Positions 61,015 to 64,000 of a stretch of DNA of 64,000 nucleotides are shown here, piece by piece; positions within the stretch are counted from its first letter, which is position 1, and the number at the start of each line of letters is the position of its first letter. The notes below the pieces were generated by a model, which was given only the letters and a program-made list of their open reading frames with translations, made no database searches and was not told the DNA's origin. Origin of the DNA: Takakia lepidozioides. Taxonomy: Eukaryota > Plantae > Bryophyta. A program made the position numbers and the translations under genes. The stretch lies in assembly GCA_030704615.1 (NCBI GenBank), contig CM060731.1:1488001-1552000 (forward strand). Reading direction: 5' to 3'.

Positions 61015-63415
61015 CTACATGAGTGTGACCTCCCTGTTGTGGATCCACGAAAAAGGTTGCATCCGAGCTTCACCCCGAACTTTTTGTTGGGCACGTTCGG
61101 CCAGCTTGCGAATGCGGGCAGGCAGTCTACAAATGAAGTCCTGAGCATTTTGCGCCGCTCCGGACAGACCAGTCAGTTGCTCAACGTTCCAGTAAGATAT
61201 GAGATGCTCCAGAATGTCTGCATAGTCTTGGGCTGTGTAGACCCCGCATCGCTGTGCAACAGCCGCGTAATCATCAAACAAATTTCCATTTGCCCCATCG
61301 TACATGAGGTGGGCGGGCATGGTGATTTTCTTTCTCATCATCTCATCAAAAGCAAGCATGGCACCACTGGGGTCCAGCTCAAACAATTTGCCTACTATTC
61401 TACTGTAGGCAATTTCATGCCTCTTTTCATCAGAGGCTATGATGCCACAAATGGTGGCCAGGTGATGTTCCCCATATACTTTAGCATGCCGAGCGGTGTT
61501 TCCATGAGAAATGAAGGTAGCGCGCTCTTGGAAGGACGTGTAGATGAAGCCATTGTAGGGGTTGTTATCTATCTGTGGTTCCTGCATTCCATCCACCCAT
61601 GGCGAGATCTTGTTATACGTTGAGATATTCAACATTTGATATTTCAATGACCCTTGAATGTGAACAGTGAACTGACGAGGCCTTGGAGGCCAAGAGACGA
61701 TTGAGGGTGTGCTGGAACTATATGTATGAGAGAGATCTTCTTTTACAGAGAGGAGAGGAGGCACAGAGAGGCACAGGATGAGTGGGTGAGAGAACGTCTG
61801 CTCTGAGTGCTCTGAGAGAGCATCTATGATGACGCCTAGTGAATAAAAGATCTGATTTTATGTTCTTTTGAAGTGAACCGCTGATTCTCAACGTTATATA
61901 AAAGCTAGGGCTCTGGGAAATTCGAGACGGTAATCGAAGCTCTAGTATAATTCCATTGTAGTATTCTTGGGCCGGTAGTCTCAACCACTACGTATTCCAC
62001 ATTGATAGATTGTCAATCACTCAGCCAGATGCAATCTTTCAAAGGGGAGAGAAGAATACAGTGGACTCAGAATGCACACGTACCATGCCAGAGCCAATCA
62101 AGTATTGGGTTGTTTTCTCCACCATACGCATATCGACCCGGCCTGATAGGTAGAGATACCGATTCAACAAATCTCCATGTCTGTTCTCCTCCGCCGTCCA
62201 AGCCCGAACCCATATCCCCCATGGAGTGGGACTGCAGCCCGTCTTGTCTCTTACACCCTCAAAAGTGTTGAACATTGTCTGATATGTGGGCAGTGCCTCT
62301 TCAGTTATCATGTCTCCAACCAAGCAGACCAGATAATCATCAGGGAGTTCATTAGCCCGGGCTCGGAGCTCCTTTATATCCTCAAAGAAGCTTTCCGAAG
62401 TTCCGTCCGGAAGGAAGTCTTGGGGTTGCCAGGACTTCTCCACAGGTTTCAACATTGGTAGCAAGCTCTCTTGTGCCCAGTGATCCAAGGAACCTATTAC
62501 CTCCAGATTCTTCATGGGAACTTGTTGCACACTTTCTCTGCGGGGGTATGGTGTTAAAGCTTTCCCAGGGCTAGGGTCCACAGGAGCTGCCTTCCGAATC
62601 TCCCGCCTGTTAGCAACCATAACCAGTTAATAACAAGTACTGATCACCCAATGCCTCAACCAGGAACGTAGCGCTAAGCACTGTCGCAGACACGAATTCA
62701 TGTAAAATCTCAATCTGTGCAGTCTGACAATTGTGTGAGATAGCTGGTCTGAACAGTTTTCCCTCATACTGGTATGGGAAACCGGCTTGCAACTAGAAAA
62801 AGAATGCTCAAAATGTTTGGACCGCTTCAAGTTGATCTCATCCATTTACGTTGACCTTGTACAGAGTAGTACATGCTCAAGGGTGATATTAGTTAAATTG
62901 GAACTGCATAGAGCTGGAATGCAGATCCCGCGGGTCGCACATATCTGTACATACAGGGGGACAATGTACAGATGTCTCATTATTATTCTCATTTGAACTG
63001 TCTTCACATATGGATTACATATCTGTACTCTCTGGTAGATGATTGCTCGAACTCGTGCAGATTCATTGTTCCAATGTCCTTCAGTTCCAATGTTTTGGAC
63101 ATCGCACAAATTGGCATTGGCTTCGCGAGCAGAAGTAGGCATGGGAACAGTCCATAGTGCTCTAGAGAACGAGGAAGGAGGAAAGTAGGATTGCAACATA
63201 CACTCGTACACGAACAACGCTTACCTGGGAACTATCACAGTCATGGCGATCTTTGGTAATGTCTGGACAATCTTTGGTGGCCAAGCTGGGCACACCAGCC
63301 TCACCGGCCTCCCAACGGGGCTAAAGCTCAAATTCCGAGGAGGTTTGGGTACTGTGAATGCCGCTGAGGTGGCCATATTACTAAGAGAAAGTCCTCCGGT
63401 CGTAGTCGAGTACAT
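61015..63415 (-). CDS. SAD: Plastid stearoyl-ACP (delta-9) desaturase; 3 exons
   Basis: Exons 63415-63225, 62606-62084 and 61581-61015 join in frame. Motifs [46 protein letters not shown] and DEKRHE (di-iron); Ser/Thr-rich transit-peptide-like N-terminus. Confidence 0.95.
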
Positions 63416-63668
63416 ACTGGCTGTTGAGCTCCCCTCCCTCTCCTTACAGGTGTACGGATGTAGACCCAGGCAGCAGGGTAGTGCTAGCTGTTTTGAACAA
63501 TCCACTCTGCGTAGTTAATCCAGACGATGGGAGTGGAGAATGAAACTTTAAACGGTAAGCGTCTAGATCATATTATATAGTCGCTCTCTCTCTCTCCAGA
63601 AAGCAAGGATAGCAACTGGCCGGACCCACGTCCTCCCTTATAAACCAAACCTTCCTTTGGACTGAGTC

Positions 63669-63712
63669 CTCTCTCTCTCTCTCTCTCTCTCTCATACACA
63701 CACACACACACA
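63669..63712. repeat. (CT)n(CA)n microsatellite upstream of SAD
   Basis: ctctctctctctctctctctctctcatacacacacacacacaca. Confidence 0.9.
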
Positions 63713-64000
63713 AAGTTACAATCAATTGAACATATATTGTTCAAGCACGATCTCTTGGTTAACCTCACTTGGTCTGGTCGCTATGGTTGCCACCCACCCT
63801 TCTTAAAAAGATAAGCAGGACGAGTGCAGCGCAGAGAAGCCCTGAACCATATCACGCCTCTGGACCGTCACCTTTTTACACTTCTTTGGGTTCAGATTTG
63901 TCTAAATTTATGAGAGGAAGGCCGGGATCGACGGTCAGAATCTCGTTTGGGGATGTAGATATTCCTGACCTAATTTTGCTATGGGTTTCATGCAATGGCC

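Overview
Eukaryotic nuclear DNA, most likely from a non-seed land plant (bryophyte-like). The evidence is short GT-AG introns, PLS/DYW PPR genes, and plant-type SUVR3 and stearoyl-ACP desaturase. Apparently intact host genes: a UDP-galactose transporter (10.8-13.6 kb), a five-bladed beta-propeller glycoside-hydrolase-like gene (41.4-44.0 kb), SUVR3 (57.1-59.5 kb) and a stearoyl-ACP desaturase (61.0-63.4 kb). A PPR-DYW gene (53.4-55.0 kb) has a frameshift just before its deaminase domain. The rest is nested, decayed transposons (CACTA, MULE, hAT, Ty3/Gypsy, LINE, Helitron) and PPR pseudogene fragments. Two kinds of DNA-methyltransferase-like cargo stand out. (1) A spliced gene family encoding a ParB/Srx-like domain is present twice. 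The copy at 0.2-4.6 kb ends in a beta-class N4/N6 methyltransferase-like domain. The copy at 14.1-18.0 kb is truncated before that domain and lies head-to-head with a GCM-like/DDE/SWIM Mutator transposase. Both copies carry TGCG-N4-CGCA palindromes in their non-coding parts. (2) A Gypsy remnant carries a cytosine-5 methyltransferase in pol and a PHD finger after the integrase (35.6-38.4 kb). All domain calls come from manual translation and motif recognition, not database searches; intron and element boundaries are approximate unless stated.
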